Assembly (NCBI GenBank): GCA_902517425.1
Contig: CABYCI010000003.1
Span: 1 to 60,762 of the forward strand
Direction of reading: 5' to 3'
Length of the DNA: 60,762 nucleotides
Source: an uncultured SAR86 cluster bacterium
Lineage (GTDB): Bacteria; Pseudomonadota; Gammaproteobacteria; Magnimaribacterales; D2472
The notes below the pieces were generated by a model. That model saw nothing but the letters and a program-made list of their open reading frames with translations, made no database searches and was not told the DNA's origin. Shown here piece by piece: positions 1 to 9,129 of the stretch. Every line of letters begins with the position of its first letter. The stretch's first letter is position 1. The translations under genes and the position numbers were made by a program.

Positions 1-302
1 CCACAAAAAATTACTACAGCGTAGTCGAAGATTATTGTGGGCACGGAATTGGGAGTGTCTATCATGAAGAGCCTCAAGTACTTCATTATGGAAAATCTGG
101 AACAGGCACTCAACTTAAAAAAGGAATGTGCTTCACAATAGAGCCTATGATTAATCAAGGTACAAAATATTGTAAAACCCTAAAGGATGGATGGACGGTT
201 GAAACAAAAGATGGTCGTAATTCTGCTCAATGGGAACACACCATTGTAGTTACTGATGATGGATGTGAGATTCTTACAAAAAGAAATAATGAATTTGAAT
301 AA
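1..302 (+). CDS. map: Methionine aminopeptidase, 3' part (runs off the window start)
   Basis: Not in the ORF track. Hand translation from base 3 gives ...VVEDYCGHGIGSVYHEEPQVLHYG...FTIEPMIN...DGWTVETKDGRNSAQWEHTIVVT...EFE*, with the GHGIG, TIEPM and EHT metal motifs. map-glnD is the usual gene order. Confidence 0.96.
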   Translation, partial: TKNYYSVVEDYCGHGIGSVYHEEPQVLHYGKSGTGTQLKKGMCFTIEPMINQGTKYCKTLKDGWTVETKDGRNSAQWEHTIVVTDDGCEILTKRNNEFE

Positions 303-2802
303 AGAAATAGCTTCACTTTCTAAAAATTACTTAAAAAACTTCCCAGAAATTTATAAAAATCCATCAAAAGTAAATAATTATCTTAAAAAACATTCAGACA
401 ATATCGAAAACGATATCAAAGATAAATTTGTTGAGCTTAATCTTGATAATAATTTTGCAATTTATGCCAATGGTGGTTTTGGAAGACAAGAGATGTTCCC
501 AAATTCCGATATCGATCTATCAATAATTGAAATTGGCCGGTCTAAAAATTTTAATGATTTAGAGAATTTTATTTCTTTCATGTGGGATCAAGGTTACAAG
601 GTTGGTCATTCGGTAAGATCAATCAGTGATATTAAAAATATATCGAAAAAAGACCTTAAGGAATTCACATCATACTTAACACGAAGACCTATCATCTCAA
701 ATCAAATTATTGATAAAAAGATTACGAAAATACTTTCAAGATTATGGAGTAGTAATGATTTTTATAATCAAAAACTTGTAGAGCAACAAAAGCGTCATAT
801 CCAATACTATTCAACTGCATATAATCTTGAGCCTGATTTAAAAGAGTCCCCAGGAACAATGAGAGATTTTCATACGGCTTTGTGGATCCTTCAGCATTGT
901 TATGGTCTAGATTCATTAAATGCTATCGATAATGCTAATGTTATAAGTGAGGGGTTTGAGAAAACTACTCAAGCATATAATTTTATTAAATCACTAAGAT
1001 TTGCGACCAACATTACAACTCAAAAAAATAGACTAAATTTCGAAGCACAAATTGAAGTCTCCAAAAATGCAAAATTAAATAATGTAAGTTCAAAAAATTC
1101 TGTAGAAATAATGATGAAAAAGTATTATGAAAGTGCTTCTACTCTATCTTATTTTAATGAAATTATTTTTGAAAAATATGTTGAAAAATCTCAAAGTATT
1201 TTTTCAAGAAAAGTATATGGAATACATAAAAATAAAAATAAAATTGGGGTACAAAATGTTGACTTAAAAGATAATAAGAATCTTATTTTTGAGATATTTA
1301 TAGAAATTGGAAAAAGTAAAGAAATAACTCTTATCAATACAGAAACAAAATCATTAATCAAAGCAAACATAGATTTAATTGATGATAATTTTAGACAAAA
1401 CCCCCTTTATTCAGAGCAATTCTTAAATATATTGAGGTCAAAAAATAATCTTTCATCCATTCTAAAGACAATGAAAACATTGGGAGTACTGCAGGCATAT
1501 ATCCCAGAATTTGCAGAAGTAGTTGGACAGATGCAATTTGATTTATTCCATGTCTATACAGTTGATGAGCACACATTCAAGGTCGTCAGGAATATGAGAC
1601 AAATGAAATTATATAAGCAAAAGGGTTTCGAGCTTGAACATGAGTTAATCAATAAAATTCCTAAAATAGAGATTCTTTATATAGCAGGAATTTTTCATGA
1701 TCTTGGAAAAGGTAAAGGAGGAGATCACTCTGAAATAGGCGCAAAGACTAGTTTAAATTTTGCGAAAAGGCTTGGTATGTCTTCCACTGATGCAAATTTA
1801 ATATCTTGGTTGGTTAAGAAACATTTAATTATGTCCTCTATATCTCAAAAAAAAGACATTAGCGAACCTGAAACTATTAAAGAATTTATCCAACATGTGG
1901 AACAAAATGAAAAATTAGATTACTTATATCTTCTTACTATTAATGATATTAGAGCAACAAATCCAGCTCTATGGAATGGATGGAAACATCAATTACTGAA
2001 AGATTTATATATTTTATCTAGATCAAAGATAAATCAGCAGCCTGTAATGGCCTCTTCTGAGACTGCATTGGAAAGAAAGAAAAATGTATTGATTAAATTT
2101 AATGACGAACAACGCAATATCTTAAAAAGATATTTTGATAATCTTGATAACAGTTTTTTTAATAAAAATGATACGGAATCACTTAGTTGGCAATCAGGCC
2201 TTATTATCAAAAATCAAAATAAAAATATAGTGGTTGGTTGTAAAGCTATTTTTGAGAATTTAATTAAAATATTTATAAAAGTAGAAAATTCACAGGGTCT
2301 TTTTTATAAGTTTACAAAAGTCTTAGAGCGCTCAGGCTTGGAAGTAATTGATGCTAATATTTTTTCTTCTATTGATAATAAAGTTGCAGCAAATACTTTT
2401 ATTACCAAGTTCTCTCATCATGATCGAATATTAAGTAAATCTGAGCTTAAAGAATTGAAAAAAAGAATTGAAAAAAACTTTTTAGAGTTTAATGAAATTA
2501 CAGACAAAAAAAATAGAATTGCTAACAAAAAAAATAGTTTCGAAAAAGTTATTAATATAACTCATTCGATTAATAAGAATAAAAAAAGAAATTTGCTTAC
2601 AATTGAAACTTCAGATAGCTATGGATTGCTTGCCAAAATAGCTAAAGTATTTTTTGAAAACGATGTTTCTATATTTTCAGCAAGAATTAATACTCTTGGA
2701 GATAGAGTCGAGGACACCTTTGAAATTGAAAATTTAGATAGCTCATTAATTGAGAACAAGAAGGTAAAAAATATTGTAGCTGTTCTTAAAAAAGTGGTAT
2801 AA
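289..2802 (+). CDS. glnD: [Protein-PII] uridylyltransferase/uridylyl-removing enzyme
   Basis: GGFGR...SDIDL nucleotidyltransferase motif, LEPDLKESPG, HVYTVDEH...FHDLGKG HD domain and two ACT-like domains (TLGDRVEDTF). Start placed at ATG 289 (14-nt overlap with map) instead of 256. Confidence 0.95.
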   Translation: MNLNKEIASLSKNYLKNFPEIYKNPSKVNNYLKKHSDNIENDIKDKFVELNLDNNFAIYANGGFGRQEMFPNSDIDLSIIEIGRSKNFNDLENFISFMWDQGYKVGHSVRSISDIKNISKKDLKEFTSYLTRRPIISNQIIDKKITKILSRLWSSNDFYNQKLVEQQKRHIQYYSTAYNLEPDLKESPGTMRDFHTALWILQHCYGLDSLNAIDNANVISEGFEKTTQAYNFIKSLRFATNITTQKNRLNFEAQIEVSKNAKLNNVSSKNSVEIMMKKYYESASTLSYFNEIIFEKYVEKSQSIFSRKVYGIHKNKNKIGVQNVDLKDNKNLIFEIFIEIGKSKEITLINTETKSLIKANIDLIDDNFRQNPLYSEQFLNILRSKNNLSSILKTMKTLGVLQAYIPEFAEVVGQMQFDLFHVYTVDEHTFKVVRNMRQMKLYKQKGFELEHELINKIPKIEILYIAGIFHDLGKGKGGDHSEIGAKTSLNFAKRLGMSSTDANLISWLVKKHLIMSSISQKKDISEPETIKEFIQHVEQNEKLDYLYLLTINDIRATNPALWNGWKHQLLKDLYILSRSKINQQPVMASSETALERKKNVLIKFNDEQRNILKRYFDNLDNSFFNKNDTESLSWQSGLIIKNQNKNIVVGCKAIFENLIKIFIKVENSQGLFYKFTKVLERSGLEVIDANIFSSIDNKVAANTFITKFSHHDRILSKSELKELKKRIEKNFLEFNEITDKKNRIANKKNSFEKVINITHSINKNKKRNLLTIETSDSYGLLAKIAKVFFENDVSIFSARINTLGDRVEDTFEIENLDSSLIENKKVKNIVAVLKKVV

Positions 2803-2819
2803 ATCCAATTTATAGAAAT

Positions 2820-2825
2820 TATAAT
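2820..2825 (+). promoter_or_regulatory. Candidate -10 box 6 nt before the dapD ATG (leaderless layout)
   Basis: TATAAT-caaacg-ATG with no Shine-Dalgarno sequence. Confidence 0.5.
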
Positions 2826-2831
2826 CAAACG

Positions 2832-3740
2832 ATGAAAATTCGATCTAAAGGAATTGCAAACAAATCTTCAAAGGGCGAGCTGCTTGACGTTTACTTTTCC
2901 ACAATAGAATTTGGAGAAAAAAAAGTAGATGCAGGCTTAATAGAAATAAAAAATAACTTTCAACAAATAATAGAAGTTGATTGGGATGAGAACGATTTAG
3001 AGAGGCCGATTGAAACTGTTTCAGATGCGTATTTAAAACTACATTTGTTATCAAATAAGTTTGTCTTACCAAATTCTATAAATCTAAATGGTTTATTTTC
3101 CAGTCTTACAAATGTTGTATGGACTAACCAGGGTCCTATTTGCGTTGATGAAATCAATGATAAATTGCATGAATCTAAAATAAATAAAAATAATTTGTAT
3201 GTGAGATCTTTAGATAAGTTTCCTTGTCTTACTGATTATATTATTCCTAAAAATGTAAGAATTGCTGATGCAAGCCGGGTAAGGCTTGGAGCATATCTTA
3301 GTGAGGGAACAACAATAATGCATGAAGGTTTCGTAAATTTTAATGCTGGAACCCTTGGACCTGCGATGATTGAAGGAAGAATTTCAGCAGGGGTAACTGT
3401 TGGCAAGAACTCTGATATTGGAGGAGGTGCAAGCACAATGGGAACTTTATCTGGAGGAAATGATACAAAAATATCTATTGGAGATAATTCGCTTCTAGGA
3501 GCAAATGCTGGAATAGGAATTTCTCTTGGGGATAACTGTACAGTCGAGGCAGGCCTCTATATTACTGCTGGTACAAAAATAACAATATTTGATGATGGTG
3601 AGTCTAAATTAGTGAAAGCATCTGAAATATCTGGTATTTCTGGTATGTTGTTTCTTAGGGATTCATCAACTGGGAAAGTAATAGCGAAACCAAATAAAAA
3701 GATTTCAGATCTTAATAAAGAATTACATAAAAATGATTGA
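2832..3740 (+). CDS. dapD: Tetrahydrodipicolinate N-succinyltransferase (Pseudomonas/actinobacterial type)
   Basis: DAYLKLHLLS, DKFP, RVRLGAYL, MHEGFVNFNAGT, EGRISAGV, hexapeptide repeats and C-terminal LHKN. Confidence 0.95.
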   Translation: MKIRSKGIANKSSKGELLDVYFSTIEFGEKKVDAGLIEIKNNFQQIIEVDWDENDLERPIETVSDAYLKLHLLSNKFVLPNSINLNGLFSSLTNVVWTNQGPICVDEINDKLHESKINKNNLYVRSLDKFPCLTDYIIPKNVRIADASRVRLGAYLSEGTTIMHEGFVNFNAGTLGPAMIEGRISAGVTVGKNSDIGGGASTMGTLSGGNDTKISIGDNSLLGANAGIGISLGDNCTVEAGLYITAGTKITIFDDGESKLVKASEISGISGMLFLRDSSTGKVIAKPNKKISDLNKELHKND

Positions 3741-4860
3741 ACTTCTTCAAAATTTACTAAAAATAAAATCTATATCGCCAAATGATATGGGTTGCTTTGA
3801 TCTCATTGAAAAAGAATTAAAAGAACTTGGTTTTAATTGTGAAAGAATTAATTATCTCAATGTAGAAAACTTATACGCAACTACTGGAACTTCAGGAAAA
3901 TTGTTTTGTTTCTTAGGTCACACAGATGTTGTGCCAACTGGGCCAGAAGACAAATGGAAATATCCGCCCTTCTCTGCCACGATTGATGGAGATATTCTTT
4001 ATGGAAGAGGTACGGCAGATATGAAGGCATCAGTTGCAGCTTTTATTGAATCTGCAAAAGAATTTATTAATTCAACTGAGAAACTTAACTTTAATTTAGG
4101 AATCTTGATTACATCTAATGAAGAAGGGACTTCTAAAGATGGCTTCATAGATAGAATCATAGAAGATATGATGGAAAATAATGAAATTATTGATTTTTGT
4201 TTAGTCGGTGAACCAACCTCAAGTGAAAAAGTTGCTGATTGTGTAAGGGTTGGAAGAAGAGGATCTCTTGGAGGACACTTAAAAATATATGGTAAACAAG
4301 GTCATGTTGCATATCCAGAAAAAGTTATAAATCCAATTCTTTTATCAGGTGATTTAATTTCAAAATTAAATAATAAAATTTGGGACAATGGTAACGATGC
4401 TTTTGATCCAACAAGTTTTCAAATTTCTAATATTAGTTCAGGTACTGGAGCCCATAACGTTGTTCCAGGAGAGCTTGAGTTAACTTTTAATTTTAGATTT
4501 TCAACTGAATCTAGCGAACAAAGTCTCAAAAAGAAATTTGAGTCTATGTTAAAAGAACTGAAGTTAAATTATGACTTGGTTTGGGATTTAAATGGAAATC
4601 CATACTACACAAAAGACAATTTCTTCAAAGATATTGTTTCTAATTCAATTAAACAAATTACTGGTTATTCTCCAGAACAAAATGCAAAAGGTGGAACATC
4701 TGATGGTCGTTTTGTAGCGAAAATGGAAACTGAAATAATTGAATTAGGTCCTGTAAATCAATCAATTCATCAAATTGATGAACATGTAAAAATTAGTGAG
4801 CTATGGACTCTCAAAGATATATATACAAAAATACTAAAAAATCTTAATCAAGTTTTTTAG
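3733..4860 (+). CDS. dapE: Succinyl-diaminopimelate desuccinylase
   Basis: GHTDVVPTG, GRGTADMK, EEG, VGEPTS, GRRGS, GKQGHVAYP, GGTSDGRF and IHQIDE motifs; follows dapD. Confidence 0.96.
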   Translation: MIELLQNLLKIKSISPNDMGCFDLIEKELKELGFNCERINYLNVENLYATTGTSGKLFCFLGHTDVVPTGPEDKWKYPPFSATIDGDILYGRGTADMKASVAAFIESAKEFINSTEKLNFNLGILITSNEEGTSKDGFIDRIIEDMMENNEIIDFCLVGEPTSSEKVADCVRVGRRGSLGGHLKIYGKQGHVAYPEKVINPILLSGDLISKLNNKIWDNGNDAFDPTSFQISNISSGTGAHNVVPGELELTFNFRFSTESSEQSLKKKFESMLKELKLNYDLVWDLNGNPYYTKDNFFKDIVSNSIKQITGYSPEQNAKGGTSDGRFVAKMETEIIELGPVNQSIHQIDEHVKISELWTLKDIYTKILKNLNQVF

Positions 4861-4966
4861 GTTTATCTTTTCTATTATATTTAGTTTTATCCCTATGAGT
4901 TTTTGGTTTATGAAATTTATCCATATTTTTTTTTACTGGATCTTTTTTTCCTTTAACTTGCGCCAT
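4844..4966 (-). CDS. Small basic protein (40 aa), possibly ArfA-like
   Basis: Below the ORF-track cutoff. Hand translation: MAQVKGKKDPVKKNMDKFHKPKTHRDKTKYNRKDKPKKLD*. It fills the whole dapE/POT gap and overlaps both neighbours. Confidence 0.72.
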   Translation of the reverse strand: MAQVKGKKDPVKKNMDKFHKPKTHRDKTKYNRKDKPKKLD

Positions 4967-6428
4967 GCATTAATTTTTTAAGTATTGGAGTAAGAACAGC
5001 TAGTAATAACCCGCATCCGATAGCGATTAAGCCAACGTCCAAATAAACATCCATAAAAGCTTGCTTTTGGATTAATGAGAATGTTCCATCACCAACATCA
5101 GCTCCTTCACTTGCAGTAGCTCGTGCAATAAGACCTGCTACATAATTTCCAGCAGCAGAAGCGCAAAACCACATCCCCATCATCATTCCAACGATTCTTT
5201 GCGGAGACAATTTTGTAACAGAAGAAAGGCCAACAGGTGATAAACATAGTTCACCAATAGTATGAAGTAAGTAGATTAATATAATCCATATCACTCCTGT
5301 TTGAATTCCTGATGAATTGCCCATGCCGAATACAAGAGCTAGAAATCCTAAACCAACAAAAATAATGCCAATTGAAAATTTTAATGGGGTTGATGGCTCC
5401 ATACCTCTTTTAGCCAAGGCAATCCAAAGCATTGCAAAGAATGGTGCTAGGGTAAAAATAAATCCTGCATTTAAAGATTGAAACATTGATGCTGGAACCA
5501 CCCAACCAAAGATAGATCTATCAACTCCCCTATCAGTAAGAATATTTAAAGATGAGCCTGCTTGTTCAAAGAGAGCCCAAAATATCAGTGAGAAAAGAAT
5601 CAAGATACCAACAACGATTAATCTATCTCGTTCTTCCGGAGAACATTTAAATAATGCATATATAAGCCATATAGCAATGCAAATTGCGCCAAAGCCACCC
5701 AAAAGCGTACCTACAACTTCTTGATTCTGAACAAGAAACCATGATCCTAGAACCATAAAAATACCTGAAATATAAGCCCAATATTCATACGATATTCCCA
5801 TGCTTGTTTCTTTATACTTTTCTGAAGGAGGTTCAGCTAGGCCCTGCAAATATTTTTGGCCCCATAAAAATATTATCAAACCGAGAAGCATTCCAACGCC
5901 TGCAGCTCCAAATCCGTATGCCCAGCCGTAAGTCTCGCCAAGATATCCACAAAGCAATGAAGCGCTAAAAGCGCCAATATTTATTCCCATATAGAAAATA
6001 GTGAATCCAGAATCTCTTCTTGGGTCACCCTCTGCATAAAGTGAGCCTACCATTGTTGATATATTTGGTTTTAAAAACCCAACTCCGGAAACAATAAGAG
6101 CCAGAGATAAATAAAAAATTTGTTGATTACTTTCAATTGCCATGCCGGTATGCCCAAGAACTAAAAGAATTGCTCCGTAGGTAACTGCTTTTTTTGACCC
6201 TAAAATTTGATCAGCAAGCATACCTCCAAAAACAGGCATAATATAAACTAGTGAAGTATATGCACCATAAATTAGATAACTTGTTGCATCTGAAAATTCC
6301 CAGTGTTTTGTTAAATATAGAATTAGGAGAGCTCTCATTCCATAATAAGAGAATCTTTCCCACATTTCTGTAGCAAAGCAAACAAATAAACCCTTGGGAT
6401 GACCTAAAAAATCAGAAGTTGTATTCAT
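4953..6428 (-). CDS. Proton-dependent oligopeptide transporter (POT/PTR family, MFS)
   Basis: GHPKGL...EMWERFSYYG (ExxERFxYY), KPNIS, FYMGINIG (PTR2 signature) and GELCLSPVGLS. Confidence 0.95.
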   Translation of the reverse strand: MNTTSDFLGHPKGLFVCFATEMWERFSYYGMRALLILYLTKHWEFSDATSYLIYGAYTSLVYIMPVFGGMLADQILGSKKAVTYGAILLVLGHTGMAIESNQQIFYLSLALIVSGVGFLKPNISTMVGSLYAEGDPRRDSGFTIFYMGINIGAFSASLLCGYLGETYGWAYGFGAAGVGMLLGLIIFLWGQKYLQGLAEPPSEKYKETSMGISYEYWAYISGIFMVLGSWFLVQNQEVVGTLLGGFGAICIAIWLIYALFKCSPEERDRLIVVGILILFSLIFWALFEQAGSSLNILTDRGVDRSIFGWVVPASMFQSLNAGFIFTLAPFFAMLWIALAKRGMEPSTPLKFSIGIIFVGLGFLALVFGMGNSSGIQTGVIWIILIYLLHTIGELCLSPVGLSSVTKLSPQRIVGMMMGMWFCASAAGNYVAGLIARATASEGADVGDGTFSLIQKQAFMDVYLDVGLIAIGCGLLLAVLTPILKKLMHGAS

Positions 6429-6467
6429 AGTAATTTATTTTATTTGATAATTTAGTACTATAACAAA

Positions 6468-6878
6468 ATGAATAACAAATCATATATCGTATTTCCATTA
6501 AAAAGAATTGCTTCAACTGTTTATGATTTATTTCTTCTTCTGGGGGTCTGGTTCGTTGTGGGCTCTTTAGCCGTTTGGATGAATGGCGGTATTGTTGAGA
6601 ATAAGTGGGTTGGACCAATATTAGTTTTATCTAGTACATGGGTTTTCTATGGTTATTTCTGGATTAATGGAGGAAAAACTTTAGGTATGGCGGTATGGAA
6701 TTTTGAGATATACAGCATAGAAAATCAGCCAATTAATATTAAGCAAGTATCAATAAGATATTTTCTTAATTTAATAACGTTTTTTCTTGCAGGAATACCA
6801 TTATTTTACATGTATTTTTCTAAGAATAATCTTTCAATTAGTGATTATTTTTCAAAAACCTCCTACAGGAGGATTTAA
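6468..6878 (+). CDS. RDD family membrane protein
   Basis: KRIASTVYD, GKTLGM and SDYFSKT motifs; usual position convergent with lptG. Confidence 0.88.
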   Translation: MNNKSYIVFPLKRIASTVYDLFLLLGVWFVVGSLAVWMNGGIVENKWVGPILVLSSTWVFYGYFWINGGKTLGMAVWNFEIYSIENQPINIKQVSIRYFLNLITFFLAGIPLFYMYFSKNNLSISDYFSKTSYRRI

Positions 6879-7927
6879 ATATTTCGATAGGACTTGAAAC
6901 TTAAAAATATTATAAAAATTGATGGGATCAATACTCCTATGAGTACAGGAAATCCATATGAAATAAATATTCCTGTAGATAAGTCTTGGAATATCTTATA
7001 AATAAAGGCTCCTAAGACAGAAATCACAATCCTTTCACCAACATTTGAATCTCTTAGGGAAGTAAATATTAATGATCCAAAGAACAAAATTAATACCATT
7101 ATTGATATTGGTTTAAAGATCGAAGTGAATAAAGCTTTGTCTAGATGTGCTTTAAATAAAACATCCTCTTTTAATGTGCTTTCTGTAAATAGCTGGCGAT
7201 ATATATTAATATTTTTAAGACTTAAATGATTGATATTTTTAAGAGTGATTTTTGACTGTATTGGAATTTTAAAATTTACTTCATTATTTTGAACAAAATC
7301 ATCCGTAAAAATTTTATATGTTGCGTCCTCATTTAAAAATATTTTATCTCCTGATGTTTTTGCTGTATTTGATGTTGCTGAATAGACAATTTGATTATCT
7401 TTGGTTTGAATAAGTCTGACTTTAAACATTTTATTATCAATGATGTCTTCAAAACTTAAATAAGAATCTTCTGATTTAATCCAATTAAAGCTTTTATCAT
7501 TAAAGGTGATTCGTTCAGATAAAAGATTTTTATTTGCCTGAGCATTTAAATATGTTTTCTTGAAAACAATTTCGTCAAAAAGTATTAATGAAAAAGCTAA
7601 AAAAATAGCCCCTATTGAACTTACTAAAATTATTTTAAAAGGTGATGCTCCAGCCGTTCTAAGAACGTTTAAGTTACCCTCTTGATGTGATAGGCCTAGA
7701 GCTATCATTACGCCAAGAAGGCAAGCTCCTTCTAAAAAATCAAGTAAGTTGTGAGGCATTGAAAGCAATACATACATAAAAATTTTAGAGATGTTAAATT
7801 GTGATGAGATATTCTCTAGCTCCGATATAAAGTTGAAAACTGAATCAAGCAATCCAAAAAAAATTAAAATAAAGAATGAAAAATATAGGGATCGTTTTAT
7901 CAAATATAAATAAAATATTTTTATCAT
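6875..7927 (-). CDS. lptG: LPS export ABC transporter permease LptG
   Basis: 3 TM + soluble domain + 3 TM layout with LNVLRTAGAS. ATG 7927 forms an ATGA overlap with the lptF stop. Confidence 0.88.
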   Translation of the reverse strand: MIKIFYLYLIKRSLYFSFFILIFFGLLDSVFNFISELENISSQFNISKIFMYVLLSMPHNLLDFLEGACLLGVMIALGLSHQEGNLNVLRTAGASPFKIILVSSIGAIFLAFSLILFDEIVFKKTYLNAQANKNLLSERITFNDKSFNWIKSEDSYLSFEDIIDNKMFKVRLIQTKDNQIVYSATSNTAKTSGDKIFLNEDATYKIFTDDFVQNNEVNFKIPIQSKITLKNINHLSLKNINIYRQLFTESTLKEDVLFKAHLDKALFTSIFKPISIMVLILFFGSLIFTSLRDSNVGERIVISVLGAFIYKIFQDLSTGIFISYGFPVLIGVLIPSIFIIFLSFKSYRNI

Positions 7928-9084
7928 CTGATGATCCAAAAAAATATTAAAGTAATAATGATTACCAATCCAATTTTTACAAAATTACTTTTCTTAATGA
8001 TATTTGTTAGTTTAGAGGTTTTATTAAAATTTGATTTAAAAATACTAAAAAGACCAAAGCATATAAAAATAGAATGTACATACCAAATATAGTTATATGT
8101 ATTAACTGTATTTTCTTCGAATGACTCTCTGGCTAAAATTAATAAACTTAGATACAAAATATAAATAAATACTGCTGGCAGCAAGACAGATAATCTTCCC
8201 TGCCTTGGCTCAACCTTGGCAAAATGAACACCTAAGATAAGAAGAGTAAAAATTGTTAAGGGTATTGAAACATTCCACTGCATTGCAGATTTAGAAGATT
8301 GTGAAGAGTAGTCAAATAATTTTGAAAGGGATAATCCTGATAATTGATTTCTACTTTTTTTTAAGGGTATCTTTAACTCACCGAATTCAGAAATAATATG
8401 AGGACTAGAATCAAATATATTCTGGTAAATTGATCCATCTTTAAAATCTAACTGAACGGTTGTGTTTGAGCTTTTTATGCTTAGCTTATCTGCAAGTACA
8501 ATAGATGATAAATCTTCATCTTCTAGAAAAATAACGGCATTTTCTAGAGTACTTCCATTTTTATCTTGAGCATATATAAATCCATCACTTTCCATGAATG
8601 GAAATATATTTTTTGGTTTAATTGATTCGATTTGCTCGTCAATAGTATCAATAGAAATTAATTCTTTTGAAAGTTCTTTTGTATAGGGTGCTATAAATAT
8701 GCTCAACGATAATGTTATTAAAAAAAAGATTGCTGATTGAGGTATTAAATATTTAATAAGATCATTTTGTGACAAACCTCCAGAAAGATATCCATAAATT
8801 TCTCTATCTGCGTAAAGTCTACTTAATGTAATAACTACGCCTAGAAAAAAAGATAGTGGTATGAGAAGTGTTATAAAATCAGGAAATCGTAATATTATGA
8901 TCTTATAAATTAAATTTGGTTCTAGCATGCCTTGAGATGCTTGTTCAAAATAACCAACAAATCTTGAGCCAACCACTAAAAAGAAGAAGATCAAAAAAAT
9001 TCCAAGTGTTGATTTAAGAACTTCGACATTCAAGCTCTTTGAAAGAATATTTCTTTTATCTATGCCTTGTGAACTATGATGCAT
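7924..9084 (-). CDS. lptF: LPS export ABC transporter permease LptF
   Basis: LSRLYADREI...GLS and EPRQGR motifs; divergent from pepA as in other gammaproteobacteria. ATG 9084 chosen because the longer call overlaps pepA; start uncertain. Confidence 0.9.
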   Translation of the reverse strand: MHHSSQGIDKRNILSKSLNVEVLKSTLGIFLIFFFLVVGSRFVGYFEQASQGMLEPNLIYKIIILRFPDFITLLIPLSFFLGVVITLSRLYADREIYGYLSGGLSQNDLIKYLIPQSAIFFLITLSLSIFIAPYTKELSKELISIDTIDEQIESIKPKNIFPFMESDGFIYAQDKNGSTLENAVIFLEDEDLSSIVLADKLSIKSSNTTVQLDFKDGSIYQNIFDSSPHIISEFGELKIPLKKSRNQLSGLSLSKLFDYSSQSSKSAMQWNVSIPLTIFTLLILGVHFAKVEPRQGRLSVLLPAVFIYILYLSLLILARESFEENTVNTYNYIWYVHSIFICFGLFSIFKSNFNKTSKLTNIIKKSNFVKIGLVIIITLIFFWIIR

Positions 9085-9129
9085 TACAATATTTATCTTA
9101 TCAGTAAATACCATAACAGGAGAACTTAA

